Shown here in pieces: positions 26,753 to 39,557 of a DNA stretch of 64,000 nt. The notes below the pieces were generated by a model. That model saw only the letters and a list, made by a program, of their open reading frames with translations, was not told where the DNA came from and did not search any database. The stretch spans positions 10,046,001 to 10,110,000 of the forward strand of contig CM075995.1 in the NCBI GenBank assembly GCA_038087875.1, read 5' to 3'. The position numbers and the translations under genes are program-made. Every line of letters begins with the position of its first letter. Positions within the stretch are counted from its first letter, which is position 1. The stretch is from Malacoraja senta (Eukaryota).

Positions 26753-29700
26753 CCAGGGATAGCTAGCCGATTGGAAAAGAGAATTGGCTTTATGGAAGGA
26801 TGCAGAGGGTGACGATGGAAGGATGTTTTTTGGATTGGAGGCCTGTGACTAGTGGTGTGCCTCAGGGTTCGTTGCTGGGACCATTGCCGTTTGTCTACAT
26901 TAACAATTTGGATGAGAATGTGCAGAAGACATTATTAGTAAAGTTGCAGATGACACGAACAGAGGTAGTATTGTATATAATTAATAGTTATCAAGAATGA
27001 CACCTGCTGTGCAGCATTCACCAGCCATCTCCTCCCTCTCTTTGCTTCACTGTCCCTTTCCATCTCCAGCCTTGCACAGATTTACCTTTCTTCTCTCCAG
27101 CCTTCTCTTTTCTTGCAAAACATGCTAGATTGCTAACATTTCCCACCGTTGATGAATGGTCATCATCCTGAACAATGGTACAGAGGCACAGCGGATAAAG
27201 CTATGACCTCACAGCGCCACAGAGCAGGTTCCAACCTGAGCTCGGGCGTTGTCCGTGTGCAGTCTGCACGTTCTCTCTGTGACTGCATGGCTTTCCTCCC
27301 CGTGCTCCGGGTTTCTCTCACGTCCCAAAGATGTGTGGGTTTGTAGGTTAAGTGGTCTCTGTAAATCCCCCCTATTGTGTGGGGAATGGATGCAAAGTGG
27401 GATAATGTAGAACGAGCGAGAGTGGGTATTTGATGGGCCTGTTTCCATGCAGTATCTCAAAACCTTCGTGACTGCTTCTCTTCCCACAGCTGCTGCCTGA
27501 CCAGGTGAAGATTAACAGAATGTTCAAGTGGACATGATATGTGCCTGCCATGTAAACTAGATGCAAATGCTGGACATCTCATTTGTCAGATGTTGATCTC
27601 CAGACAGGTTGCCAGGATCATCTCTCAGCCTTGTAAAACTGAATGGGGCAGCTGGCCTGGTGGGAGCCTGGGCATGAAACTACCCCACAACCCTAGTTGC
27701 AATCATCCCACAGCAGGACGGTGCTGAGACGTTTATTTGCCGAGTTGATGTATTGGAGAGCCGTCTCACTTTGTTGTACGATGCCAAAGGTGTGGATGAG
27801 CAGCCCAGTGTGAACAGCCATCACAGAATGAATCGGAGCCGAGGTGTCGGCCAGCAGCCTCCCCCTGGATATTGCTGGTGGACTCGGTGATCAGCCGGCT
27901 TGTAACGCCACTTCCAACTTCTCCTTCCTCTTCAGCCAGCAGTGACCAGCTGCGGCTCCCTCAGCACCAAACCACACTCCTCCAACTCAGCACCAAGCGG
28001 AAAAACATTCCCACACTGATTCTCCACAGCTCTGCCCTGGGCACAGGTGAACCTCCATCATTGGTCAGAGGACAATGGGTGGAGGTAGATACAACAGAGG
28101 GGTTCAACAAGCTTTTAGATTGGAGTGGATATGCAGGGAATATGGATCACGTGCAGAGAACATTAGTTAATTTGGCCTCATCAACAGCACAGACATTGTG
28201 GGCCGAAGGGCCTGTTCCGGCGCTGTACTGTTCTATGTACTTGAAAGAATAGGAAGAAATATTTGCAAGAAATCCTGAAACATGACGAACACAGTATCAG
28301 ATTTGGACCCTATAATCATCTGACAAAACACCTTTTGTTTCTCTGGACATCCGAAGCACATGAACATTAAAGATCCGGTATTTTTCAAAGAAAGCATTAC
28401 CAACAGAAAGTGCAACTAATCCGTAAAGAATGCACAAGGAAGAGGAGATAGTAACTTGTTTGTGCAGGAGTTCAATCAAGGACAGGATTTACGCCACCAC
28501 CTCTTGTCCAGCAGCTTCCCGAGCAGACCCCTGCGCTGGGAGCCCACCGGGGGGCGGCAGCAACGATTCAGCAGAGCTCCTCGATCGGCTTCTCCCCCTG
28601 CACAACCCTACCTCAGCACCAAACCACTCTGGACATCGAATAAATGAGGCACAAGGAACTACAGACACTGGAGCCTTGAGTAAAAGGCAACGGGTCAGGC
28701 AGCATCTGTGGAGGATACGGATAGGCGACATTTCAGGTCAGGAACCTTCTTCAGACCCTGAAGAGTCTGAAACTGACCTGAAACATATCCTTCGCAGATG
28801 GTGCGTGATGTACTTTTGCTTCCACTACAATGGTCTGGTTACCTAGAGTAACTGATGATTTATTGTACATTTATTTATTGTGTTGTGTTAATGAGCCTAT
28901 AGAGCTGCAACAAGTAAGAATTATATTATTGGGAGACACAAGATACTGGAATGTTGTGTTGGAGGAACTCAGTGAATCAGGCAGCAACACTGGTTGCGAC
29001 TTCTTCATTCTGCCCATTCCCTCCACAGATGCTGCCCGATCAGCTAGGTTGATCCAGGACTACATGTCCATGTTGCAGTCCTGGTGATGGACAGTGCAGA
29101 TGGGGAGTGATAATGACCACTGTTTCTTGAGGGATGGCTGGGCACACACGGGCGTGTGCAATATCATCAGAGACATTCTCAACGCATTGTACCAATAAGC
29201 AGCAGGCGTTGGCGCAGAGATAGCGTGACTGAGATCATTTAACAAAATAACACCAATGAAAGCTATCAAACACCGCCTGACAGAGGTAAGACTAAACCAG
29301 AGAAAGCAAGCCCTTTGCCCAAGTGAGGCAGGTTGCTGATCCAGAGAACAATGGGACGGGTTTTTTCAGTAGGTTGAAGAGTACGGGGAAGGGCTGAACA
29401 GTAGGAGTGGTGCAGTAGTGGCGAGGTGGAACAGACGGTGAGGTGGAGGGGTCAGTCTCAACACACAGTAAAGTCCCTCTTCTATTGGCACTAGTTTACA
29501 ATTCTGCCTCTCCTCTCCGCCCCTGACTGTCAGACCCATCCATCCCTCTCCTCCCCACCTACAAGATGACGGCAACGTTTTCACTGAGGATCAGAGATGA
29601 AAGCCTGTGCTCAAGGTGGAGGATGCTGAGAAGTGTGAGGTAGTACTAGGAGCCAGGGAGAAGAACAGGAAGGAGATTGAGAACCTCGTGTCCTGGTGTC

Positions 29701-31048
29701 GAGACAACAACCTTTCTCTCAATGCCAGCAATACAAAGGCTAGTGATTGACTTCAGGACAGTTTGCATTGACGGCGCCAAAGTTGAGATGGTCAAAAGCT
29801 TCTAATTCCTAAGAGTAAATATCACCAACCTGGACCACCCATATTGAAGCAACGAGCAAGAAAGCACACCAACGCCTCTAATTCCTTGGAAGGCTTTGGA
29901 GGTTCGGCAAGTCCCCAACAACTCTCACCAACTTTTACAGATTTGTCGTAGAAAGCATTTTATGAGGACGCGTTTATCACAGCTTGGTTTGGGAACAGCT
30001 CCATCCAAGACCACAAGAAACAGCAGAGAATTGGGGAAGCAGCCCAGGCCATCACACAAAACCAACCTCCGTTCCATTGACTCCATTTATACCTCATGCT
30101 GCCACGGCAAGGCCAGCAGCAGAATCAAGGATGAGTCACACCCTAGCCACTCCCTCTTCTCCCCTCTCCCACCAGCCAAGAGGTACGGAAGTACACACCT
30201 CCAGATTCAGGGACAGTTTCTTCCCAGCTGTTATCGGGCAACTGAACCATCCTAGCACAACTAGAGAGCAGTGCTGAACTACTATCTACCTCATTTGAGA
30301 CCCTCGGGCTACCTTTGATCGGACTTTGCTGGGTTTATCTTGCATTAAATATTATTCCCTTTTCATGTATCTGTATACTGTGAATGGCTGGATTGTAATC
30401 ATGTATTGTCTTTCCACAGACTGGTTAGCATGCACCGAAAGCTTTTCACTGTACCTCGATACACATGACAATAAACTAAACTAAACCTCACCCTTTGACA
30501 AATTACTGAACCTCCGCAGGTGTACGGTGGAGAACACAATGACTGGTTGCATCACGGCATGCTTTGGCAACTTAAACGCCCGGGAACGAAGGAGACTACA
30601 GAGAGCGGTGGACACTGCCCGTCCATCACAGGCACTGACCTCCCCACCATCCGAGGGATCTACAGGAGGGGCTGCCTCAAAAAAGGCAGCCAGCATCATC
30701 AGAGACCCACACCACCCTGGCCTCGCTCTTATCTCATTTCTTTCACCAGGAAGATAAAGGAGCCCGAAAACCGTGCCACAGCTTGTTCCCAGCAACAAGC
30801 AGGCTCTTGAACCACCCTGCACAACACTAACCATCAGTTCGGCGACTATGATCTTCCATGGTCTTTGTTTTGGTTGCAACACGGACTTTGATTTTGCACT
30901 ATCATGGTTATTTATTATTACTGATTAACGTTATATATTGTTATATATTTATCTGTGTGTTCTTGCATTAATCGGCCTGTAAAGCTGCAGTAAGTATGAA
31001 TTTCATTGTTCGTTGCCAAAGGCATCTGTACTCAAACTGCTGGATCCA

Positions 31049-31050
<2 letters not shown>

Positions 31051-31137
<87 letters not shown>
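31051..31137. repeat. (CT)n microsatellite
   Basis: Direct reading. Confidence 0.98.
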
Positions 31138-31141
<4 letters not shown>

Positions 31142-31322
31142 CCAAACTCTACCCCATGGGCTCTACACTTTAAAGTGAACCCCCATTAAAGAATTAAGTG
31201 CCAGGGGAATGAATGCCTTTACACCCAGCGCCTTGCCACTTGCACATGTTCAGGGTAAACCCACCACATCACAGATTGGGCATGCATGTGTAGAGCTGGT
31301 ATAGAAAGGGAACAGTACAGAC

Positions 31323-31385
31323 CTCTTCCTCCTCAATTCGAGCAGGCTCGATCAGCAGATTATTGACTTGATCAAAGGAGACCCC
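31323..31385 (-). CDS. SCRIB: Scribble exon 16 equivalent (alternative cassette): GVSFDQVNNLLIEPARIEEEE
   Basis: 63 bp phase 0/0, aacag| and |gtctgt; matches human GVSFDQANNLLIEPARIEEEE; too short for the ORF track. Confidence 0.95.
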
Positions 31386-32199
31386 CTGTTAGGATAGGAA
31401 CCAGCAGAGGCATGCGGATTAGTGGAGCATAGCTTCACCCCAATCAAAACACAGCCCCAGACACAGCACTGAGGATAGCACCAGGCACACAGGCAGGGGG
31501 GGCAGACAGACGCAGACAGATGTACACACAGACAGACGCAACCCTGGGCTCACAAATTCTCACCCTGACATTGAGGATAACCCTAAGGTGATAAAGAGAA
31601 GTGTAAGTGGATTTTCTTTGCTCTGTAGATGGGCTCCAGGCTGAGGCTAGTTCACTGAGGCTGGGCGTAAGACAGGACAGTACTGTGTGTGTGGGGGGTC
31701 CAGTACTGTGTGTGTGTGTGTGTGGGGTCCAGTACTGTATGTGTGGGGGGTCCGGCCACATAAATGCCCAGGCTTTGTCCAGCCAACCGCTACTGGCACC
31801 GTATCCTGGCTGAGGCTCACCACTGACGGATGAGGGGAGACGAACTGGTCCACACACACAGGCAAGCCTGGAGCATCGAGTAAAAGGGGTAGCTCTGCCT
31901 GTGGGACGGGCAGAGGTGGTGGTCGAGGGAGAGGGGAGGCCAGGCTGTAGTCACACCCGCAAGTGGCAGGTGGTGTCTGCCTGTGTGTGGGCGGGAGGGA
32001 AGGTCAGGCTGCGTGGTGAGGTGTGCGGGTTTCTGGGGAAGGCAGCACATGGGACGGTGGGGATGCAGCCAGGCCAGGGTGTGTCAGCTCAGACGGAGCT
32101 CCATTCACCAGAACCCATGACCAGGGGCTGCCACAGGAGTGAACACACTCTCCCCTGGAGAGGCCAGCAGGTGAGTGAAGCACTCTCCAGCACAGCGCT

Positions 32200-32570
32200 A
32201 CGGGCCAGCACACCTCCACACATGTGTACACACACAGACCACGGGCCCGCACACCTCCACACGTGTGTACACACAGACCACGGGCCCGCACACCTCCACA
32301 CGTGTACACACACAGACCACGGGCCCGCACACCTCCACACGTGTACACACAGGGCCACATGCCCGCACACCTCACGTGTACACACAGACCACGATCCCGC
32401 ACACAACTGCACGTATACACAGGCCCACGTGGCAGCACACCTCCACACGTGTACACACACTGACCATAGCCACACACATCCACACACGTATGCACACACA
32501 TAGGCCATGGGCACACACACCTCCACATATGTAGACGCACACATTTCCACACGTGTACAGACCGCAGTCC
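32200..32570. repeat. 39-bp minisatellite (acacagaccacgggcccgcacacctccacacgtgt...)
   Basis: Period 39, decaying 3'. Confidence 0.85.
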
Positions 32571-32824
32571 ACACACAGGAGCAGCAGCCTGAACTATCTA
32601 GCAGACCCCCAGACTATCTTGGATCGGACTTTACTGGCTTTACCTGGTTAATCCCTTTATCATGTATCTGTACACTGTGGACGGCTCGATTGCAATCATG
32701 TATTGTCTTTCCGCTGCCTGGTTAGCACGCAACAAAATCTTCTCCCTGTACCTCGGTACATGTGACATTAAACTAAACTCACTCACTCACACATGTGTAC
32801 AGGTGCACAGACCCCAAGCCCACC

Positions 32825-33490
32825 ATCCCCAATCCCCACTCACACACACACAATCCCCACACAATCCCCCCACACACACACAATCCCCACTCACACACAC
32901 ACACACACAATCCCCCCCCACACACACACACACAATCCCCCCCCACACACACACACACAATCCCCCCACACACACACACAATACCCCCACACACACAATC
33001 CCCACACACACACAATCCCCACTCACACACACACATTCCCCACACACACACACACACACACAATCCCCCCACACACACACACACAATCTCCCCACACACA
33101 CACACATACCCAAACCCCACTCACACACACAATCCCCACACACACACACCCAATCCCCACACACACACACACACACACAATCCCCACACACATACACACA
33201 CACACACAATCCCCACACACACACACACAATCCCCCCCCACATACACACACACAATCCCCTCTCTCACTTACACACACACACACACACAATCCCCACTCA
33301 CTCATACACACAATCCCCACTCACACACACACACACACACACACACACTAACTCATACACACAATCCCCACTCACTCACACACACAATCCCCACTCACAC
33401 ACACACACACAATCCGCACTCACACACACACACACAATCCCCACTCACACACACACAATCCCCACTCTCTCACTTACACACACAGCCCAA
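32825..33490. repeat. Degenerate (CA)n-caatcccc repeat
   Basis: Composition. Confidence 0.9.
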
Positions 33491-35175
33491 GTGCTGGTAA
33501 TCTCCGCACTCTCTCTCTCACATACATCCACACACACGTGTAAAGACACACACACCTCGTGTGCTTGCAATCCCCACACAAACCCCTCCAGGCATATGGT
33601 ACATACACCCCAGAAGCACGGAGACACAGCCAGCAGCAGGTGCGAGGGGAGAGCGGGAGGTGTGAGGCAAGGGGGCAGCACAGGAGAAAGGGGGGGGGGG
33701 GGAATCATTCTCCGATGCAAAGAGATACAGAGAACTCAGGAGTCTAACAGCCCTGCACTAGAATTTGAGAGCCCAGAGAATCCGTCAATGAAACTGCAAA
33801 CCTCCAGTCCAACGTGTAGAGGGCTTGGAAGGAGATGCAGAAAGAGTGAAGAGTAGGCAGTGCTGGAATCAGCTGCACATGGTGCTTGTCCGTTCTCACC
33901 AGCCCATGTCTCGGCATTCCTCGCGTTCCATGTGCAACATTCCGCTTAAACAGATGATCACCTTCACTGAATGAGATCTCAGTCTGGAAACGAGCAGCCA
34001 CCACCCGCAGAGACTGACACACGCCAAGGAGTGGATCCCACCTGTCAGGAAGCATGCGTCATGCTAACAGGTACCGACTCATGGCTCGCAGCAGGAGCGT
34101 GTAAAGGAGTCCACACACGGGTAATTGCACCATTCACGTGTTAGACTAAATCCTCTGCTCACAATCATGTGCACAGGAAGACCCTTTGGCCCGCTGTGCT
34201 TGTGCTAACCCTTTGCTCGAGCCCTTTGGTTCATTCCTTTGCCCACAGACTGCAGCATTGACATGCAGCCTTCAGCAAGCTGCTGGTGCAGACCATCGAT
34301 GGGATGTGCCCACACAGGCTATGCTTGCTCCCAGCACAAACAACAAACAACTCACGGCTCCGTCAGCGGCCCAGGCCAGGGACCCGACTGGCTGGGAGGC
34401 GGGCAGCTGGCCGCCACTCTCAAGGTCTGTACACACTGAGGAACACTCCATCAACCACTCGCCAAGTTAGAATACGGTTAGTCAGTTAGTCTGCGTGCTT
34501 CTGATAGCTTCACCGTTAATCATCTACGTTACAACAGGTTAAGGGGGGTGGGAGCGCGAAGGGGTAGATGAGGCAGGGGCAGGGTGGAATGGTAACGGCC
34601 AGCAAACAACACCAGACACAACACCAGACAGTTTGACTGAGTCACAGAATGACTGTATCCGAGAAAATGCAGGGGAGAGGTCGCAATGTAAGAGTGCAAG
34701 GTTGGAAGAGAGAGAGATGAGAGGAAGAGAGGGAGGGAGAAATGAAAGGGAAAGTAAGAGAGGGGGAAGAGGGACAGAATAAAATGGGAGCAGGAGGCCC
34801 CTCAGCCTGCCCATCATTCAACATGATTATGGATGACCTATCCCAGCCCCTTCTATGCCAGTTGCCCATAACACCCAATTCATCATCTCCCCATCTCTAC
34901 CCGGCCTCCAGCACCCCTGGGGGTCAGAGTTCCACAGAGGTTCACCACACTCTGAGAGCAGGAATTTCTGGAACATTCATTGGGCAGCAGTGGGGAAAGA
35001 ACGTACTGCCGAAACACTGGGGGAGGTTTCACCAAGTCTGCAAATGTAGAAGGTTAACAGTGGGCAATGGTCTATTGTTGTCACATGTACAGATAGGTTC
35101 TCCCAGTCAGTTTTAAAACACCTTAAACTACCAGAGTGCGCCAAAGTGAGGGTGGTGATCGCTGATACAAGAGAA

Positions 35176-35375
35176 NNNNNNNNNNNNNNNNNNNNNNNNN
35201 NNNNNNNNNNNNNNNNNNNNNNNNNNNNNNNNNNNNNNNNNNNNNNNNNNNNNNNNNNNNNNNNNNNNNNNNNNNNNNNNNNNNNNNNNNNNNNNNNNNN
35301 NNNNNNNNNNNNNNNNNNNNNNNNNNNNNNNNNNNNNNNNNNNNNNNNNNNNNNNNNNNNNNNNNNNNNNNNNNN
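35176..35375. other. Assembly gap (200 N)
   Basis: Run of exactly 200 N, adjacent to CA/C-rich low-complexity sequence. Confidence 0.99.
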
Positions 35376-37450
35376 CACACCCCCCCACACTCCCACACAC
35401 ACCACCCCCACACCCCCCACACACACACACCCCCACACCCCCACACACGCACACCCCACACACGCACACCCACACCCACCCCACACACACCCTCCCACAC
35501 ACACCCACACCACTCCGCCCCACACACCCCCCCCCACCCCCACCCCCACCCCACCCCCCACCCCCCCACACCCCTCACCCCCCACACCCACCCACTCCCC
35601 CCCACACTCCCCCCCCCCCCACACCCCCACCCCCCCACACACACACCCCCACCCCCACCCCCCCACACACCCCCCACAACACACACCCCCCACACACACA
35701 CACCCCCCCACCCCACTCCCCACACACACCCCCCCACACACACACCCCACACACACACACACACCCCCCACACACCACTCCCCACACTCCCCCCCCACAC
35801 ACCACCCCCCACACACACACACACCCCACACACCACCCCCCACACACACACACACCCCCCACACACCACTCCCCACACACACCCACAGCCCCCCCCACAC
35901 ACACTCCCCCACACACACAACCACCACACACACCACTCCCCACACTCCCCCTCCACACCCCCACACCCCCACCCCCACACACACACCACTCCCCACACTC
36001 CCCCCCCCACACACACACACCCACACACCCACACACACACCACTCCTCACACTCCCCCCCCACACACTCCCCCACAAACACACCCCCACACACACACTCC
36101 CCCCCACACACACACACACCCACACACACACCACTCCTCACACTCCCCCCCCCACACACTCCCCCACACACACACCCCCACACACACACGTCCCCCCACA
36201 CACACACACTCCCCCCACCACACACTCCCCCCACACAAACACTCCCCCACACCCACACACACACTCACCCCACACACACACTCACCCCCACACATACACT
36301 TCCCCCCCCACACACACACACACTCACCCCCCCCACACACCCTCACCCCCACCCCCCCCCACACACACACACACTCACCCACACACACACACACACACTC
36401 ACCCACACCCCCCACACACACACACACACTCACCCCCACACACACACTCATCCCCACACACACACTTCCCCCCACACACCCCCACACTGCACTCCCACTC
36501 CCACACACACACCCTACATTGCACTCGCACACACACTTCCCCCTCACACCAGCACACACACACTCCCCCCCACACACACTCCCCCCCACACACACACACT
36601 CACCCCCCCACACACACACTCACCCCACCCCCCCACACACACTCACCCACACCCCCCCCACACACACACACCCACACCCCCCACACACACACTCACCCCC
36701 ACACACACTCATCCCCACACACACTCCCCCCCACACCCCCTCACCCCCACAGTCCCCACACTGCACTCCCACTCCCACACTCACACACACCCTACATTGC
36801 ACTCACACACACACTTCCCCCTCACACCAGCACACACACTCCCCCCCACACACACTCCCCCCCCACACACACACACTTCCCCCACACACACTCCCCGCAC
36901 ACACACACACTCCCCCCCACACACACAAACTCCCCGCGCACACACACACAAACTCCCCCCTCACACACACACACACACACTCCCCCCTCACACACCCTCC
37001 CCCTCCACACACTCCTCCCACGCACTCACACACCCACACAAGACACACTCCCACACACACCCACATACACCCACTCCCACACACCCAGACACACAGCCAC
37101 AAACACATACCCACACACACACACCCCACATTGCACTCACACACCCACTCCCAATCCCCACTCCCACTCCCCCACACACACACACCCACATACACGCGCC
37201 CACACACACTCCAACACACACACACCCACACAAACACCCACACAAATACCTACACACACCCACCCACATAACCCCACTCCCACTCCCACATACACACACG
37301 CCCACCCACACTCTCCCACTGCGCTCCCACACACGCACACCCACACCCGCATACACACTCACCCGCACACAAACCCATACACTCCCGCACACTCCCACAC
37401 ACACTCCCACACATACACTCACGCACACACTCCCACACACACACCTGTCC
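35376..37450. repeat. CA/C-rich low-complexity tract
   Basis: Composition; flanks the gap. Confidence 0.92.
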
Positions 37451-38021
37451 CACTGCACCCTCCCACCTCAGGAACACTCATTCACCTCCTACCTCCCTGC
37501 CCTCTCCACCGCAAGCACACCCACTGCCCTGTTCCACCTCCCATCATGCTGCTCCCTATTCCAAGCCACTCCACATCTCAGCCATCAATCGTCCCAGATC
37601 CCCAGACTCCACATCTTCACATCTTCATCCGTCCGGCCCGTGGCCTGGCACCCCAGCCTTTGCCCAATCCCCATGCCAGTCAGCCCTGTCTCCCCCTGAT
37701 CCATCATTGCCTCTCTCCCACCTTCGCTTCAATCACCGTGGCCATTGATGACCCTCCCCAACCATCGCACACCCCAATGATGGCTCTCCCCCCTTCCCCA
37801 CTGTCAAATCCCCACCCCGCCCTCACACCAGATCCCTGCCCCCACCCATGTCCCCCTCACCTTTACCTATCCTGCCCCCCCCCACCTAAGTCATGTCCCC
37901 CTCCCGCCCCACCTCCCCACGCCCATGTCCAGATCCCCGTCCCCCCACCACTCTACCCATCCCTCGGATCCTGCCCCCTACCAATCCCCACGCCCCCACC
38001 GGCTGTAGCCACAGTGCTGAC

Positions 38022-38159
38022 CTGGGGCTCGGGAGAATCTGGTGAGGGAGGCGAGTCCTCTGCCCTGGCGGTGAGTGGCTCGCCCCTGCGGTCTTCGATG
38101 GCCTGTTTCATCACCTTCAGCTCGCTGGGGTGAGGAGTTGCTCGGCGCTGTAACCGGCC
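38022..38159 (-). CDS. SCRIB: Scribble exon 13 equivalent: GRLQRRATPHPSELKVMKQAIEDRRGEPLTARAEDSPPSPDSPEPQ
   Basis: 138 bp, gtgcag| and |gtcagc; LQRRATPHPSELKVMK conserved; donor position less certain. Confidence 0.88.
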
Positions 38160-39282
38160 CTGCACGAGGGACACAATGAACAATCGTCAGAGCCGACAGC
38201 CACACTGTTCCAAACATCTTGTGCCCATTCCCTCCACGGATCCTGCCTGGCCCACTGCCACCCTCCGGCACTCGTGTTGGCATTGCAGCTGTAGGTGCAG
38301 CGACCAGCTGCAGCTCCTAACTGACCACGTCAAGCAGCTAAATCCACAGCTGGCTGCACTCAGGATGGTGCGGGGGTGTGAGAGCGCCAGACATCAGAGT
38401 TACAGTGATGTGGTCACACCTAAGGTGCTGGCAGAGAGTAGATGGGAAACGGGAGTAGGCAGAGAGATGGAGACGCAAGGAACTGCAGGTGCCATTTTAT
38501 ACAACGTGCTGGACTAACTCAGCAGATCATCTCTGGACAACATGGATAGAGGACCAGATCAGAAACCTTCTTAGAGTGCAGGAATCCTCTGGGGCCATTT
38601 GCCTCAAAAACTGGCGCACCATTTTGGATACTATGAGGGGGATGAGGGGTCAGAGAGCAGCAGTCGCAGACAGGTGTGTGGCACAGTGCCTGTCTCTGAG
38701 GTAAAGTCAGGAAGAGCCATATTGAAAGGAGACTATTGCTTTTTGCTTTTGCTCTGATGTACAAATTCTTCCTCCATCTTGATAGTCACATAGCATGCCA
38801 CACGTCCATGTTGATCATGATGCACCATCTACACTAGTCCCACTGGCCGGTATTTGACCCATACCCCTCTAAACCTCTCCATTCATGTACCTGTCTGATG
38901 GCTTTTAACTGTTGTTGTTGTACCTGCCTCAACTACCGCCTCTGGCAGCTCGTTCCATATACAACCACCTGCAGTATGGAAATGTTGCCCTCAAGTTCCT
39001 GCTCAATCAGCTGGTTAACCCCAGCTGCTCACTAATGTTCCAAAATGGTTACACAGGGTTTTCCAAGCATTCCCAGTCCGGCCCAACTTATCCCAGCCCG
39101 TCTCATCCCAGCTCAGCTCATCCCAACCCCTCCTGGTGCAGAAGAGCCTATCCCAACTCACCCGGCCCATCTCACCCCAGCCCGGCCCAGTTCATCATGG
39201 CACGGCAGAGCCCATCCCAGCCCGGCCCACCCTAACCCATCTCATCCTGGCACAGCCCGGCCCGCCCTGCAGAGTGACTCAC

Positions 39283-39407
39283 GCGTCTCTCTGCCTCCTC
39301 CTCGATGTCCTCGCCGTCTCTGGGCTCCTCCTGGAACTGGATCACACTGACACGGTTCAGGTTGGGCTCAGGCCATGGCTCATCCACACTGTCCGTCAAT
39401 AGGTTCT
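39283..39407 (-). CDS. SCRIB: Scribble exon 12 equivalent: ENLLTDSVDEPWPEPNLNRVSVIQFQEEPRDGEDIEEEAERR
   Basis: 125 bp using the in-frame (proximal) ttgcag acceptor, |gtgagt donor; RVSVIQF motif conserved; acceptor is duplicated (see findings). Confidence 0.92.
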
Positions 39408-39474
39408 CTGCAATCAAATCCGGTCCGTCAATAGGTTCTCTGCAATCAGCACAGTCAGGTAGCACAGCACCTGT

Positions 39475-39557
39475 CACAGCCCAGGGACCACAGCCCAGGG
39501 ACCACAGCCCAGGGACCACAGCCCAGGGACCACAGCCCAGGGCTCACAGCCCAGGGC
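39475..39557. repeat. 14-bp tandem repeat (cacagcccagggac)
   Basis: Period 14; just upstream of the exon 12 acceptors. Confidence 0.9.

Noticed and set aside
34632..34652. SFCDSVK peptide resembling the ...SVK that precedes GVSF in human
   Set aside because: No GT donor follows the AAA codon; probably coincidence
35146..38133. 995-aa plus-strand ORF and overlapping His/Thr/Pro or Cys/Val/Gly ORFs
   Set aside because: Spans the N gap and CA/C low-complexity DNA that lacks stop codons; antisense to SCRIB; not a gene
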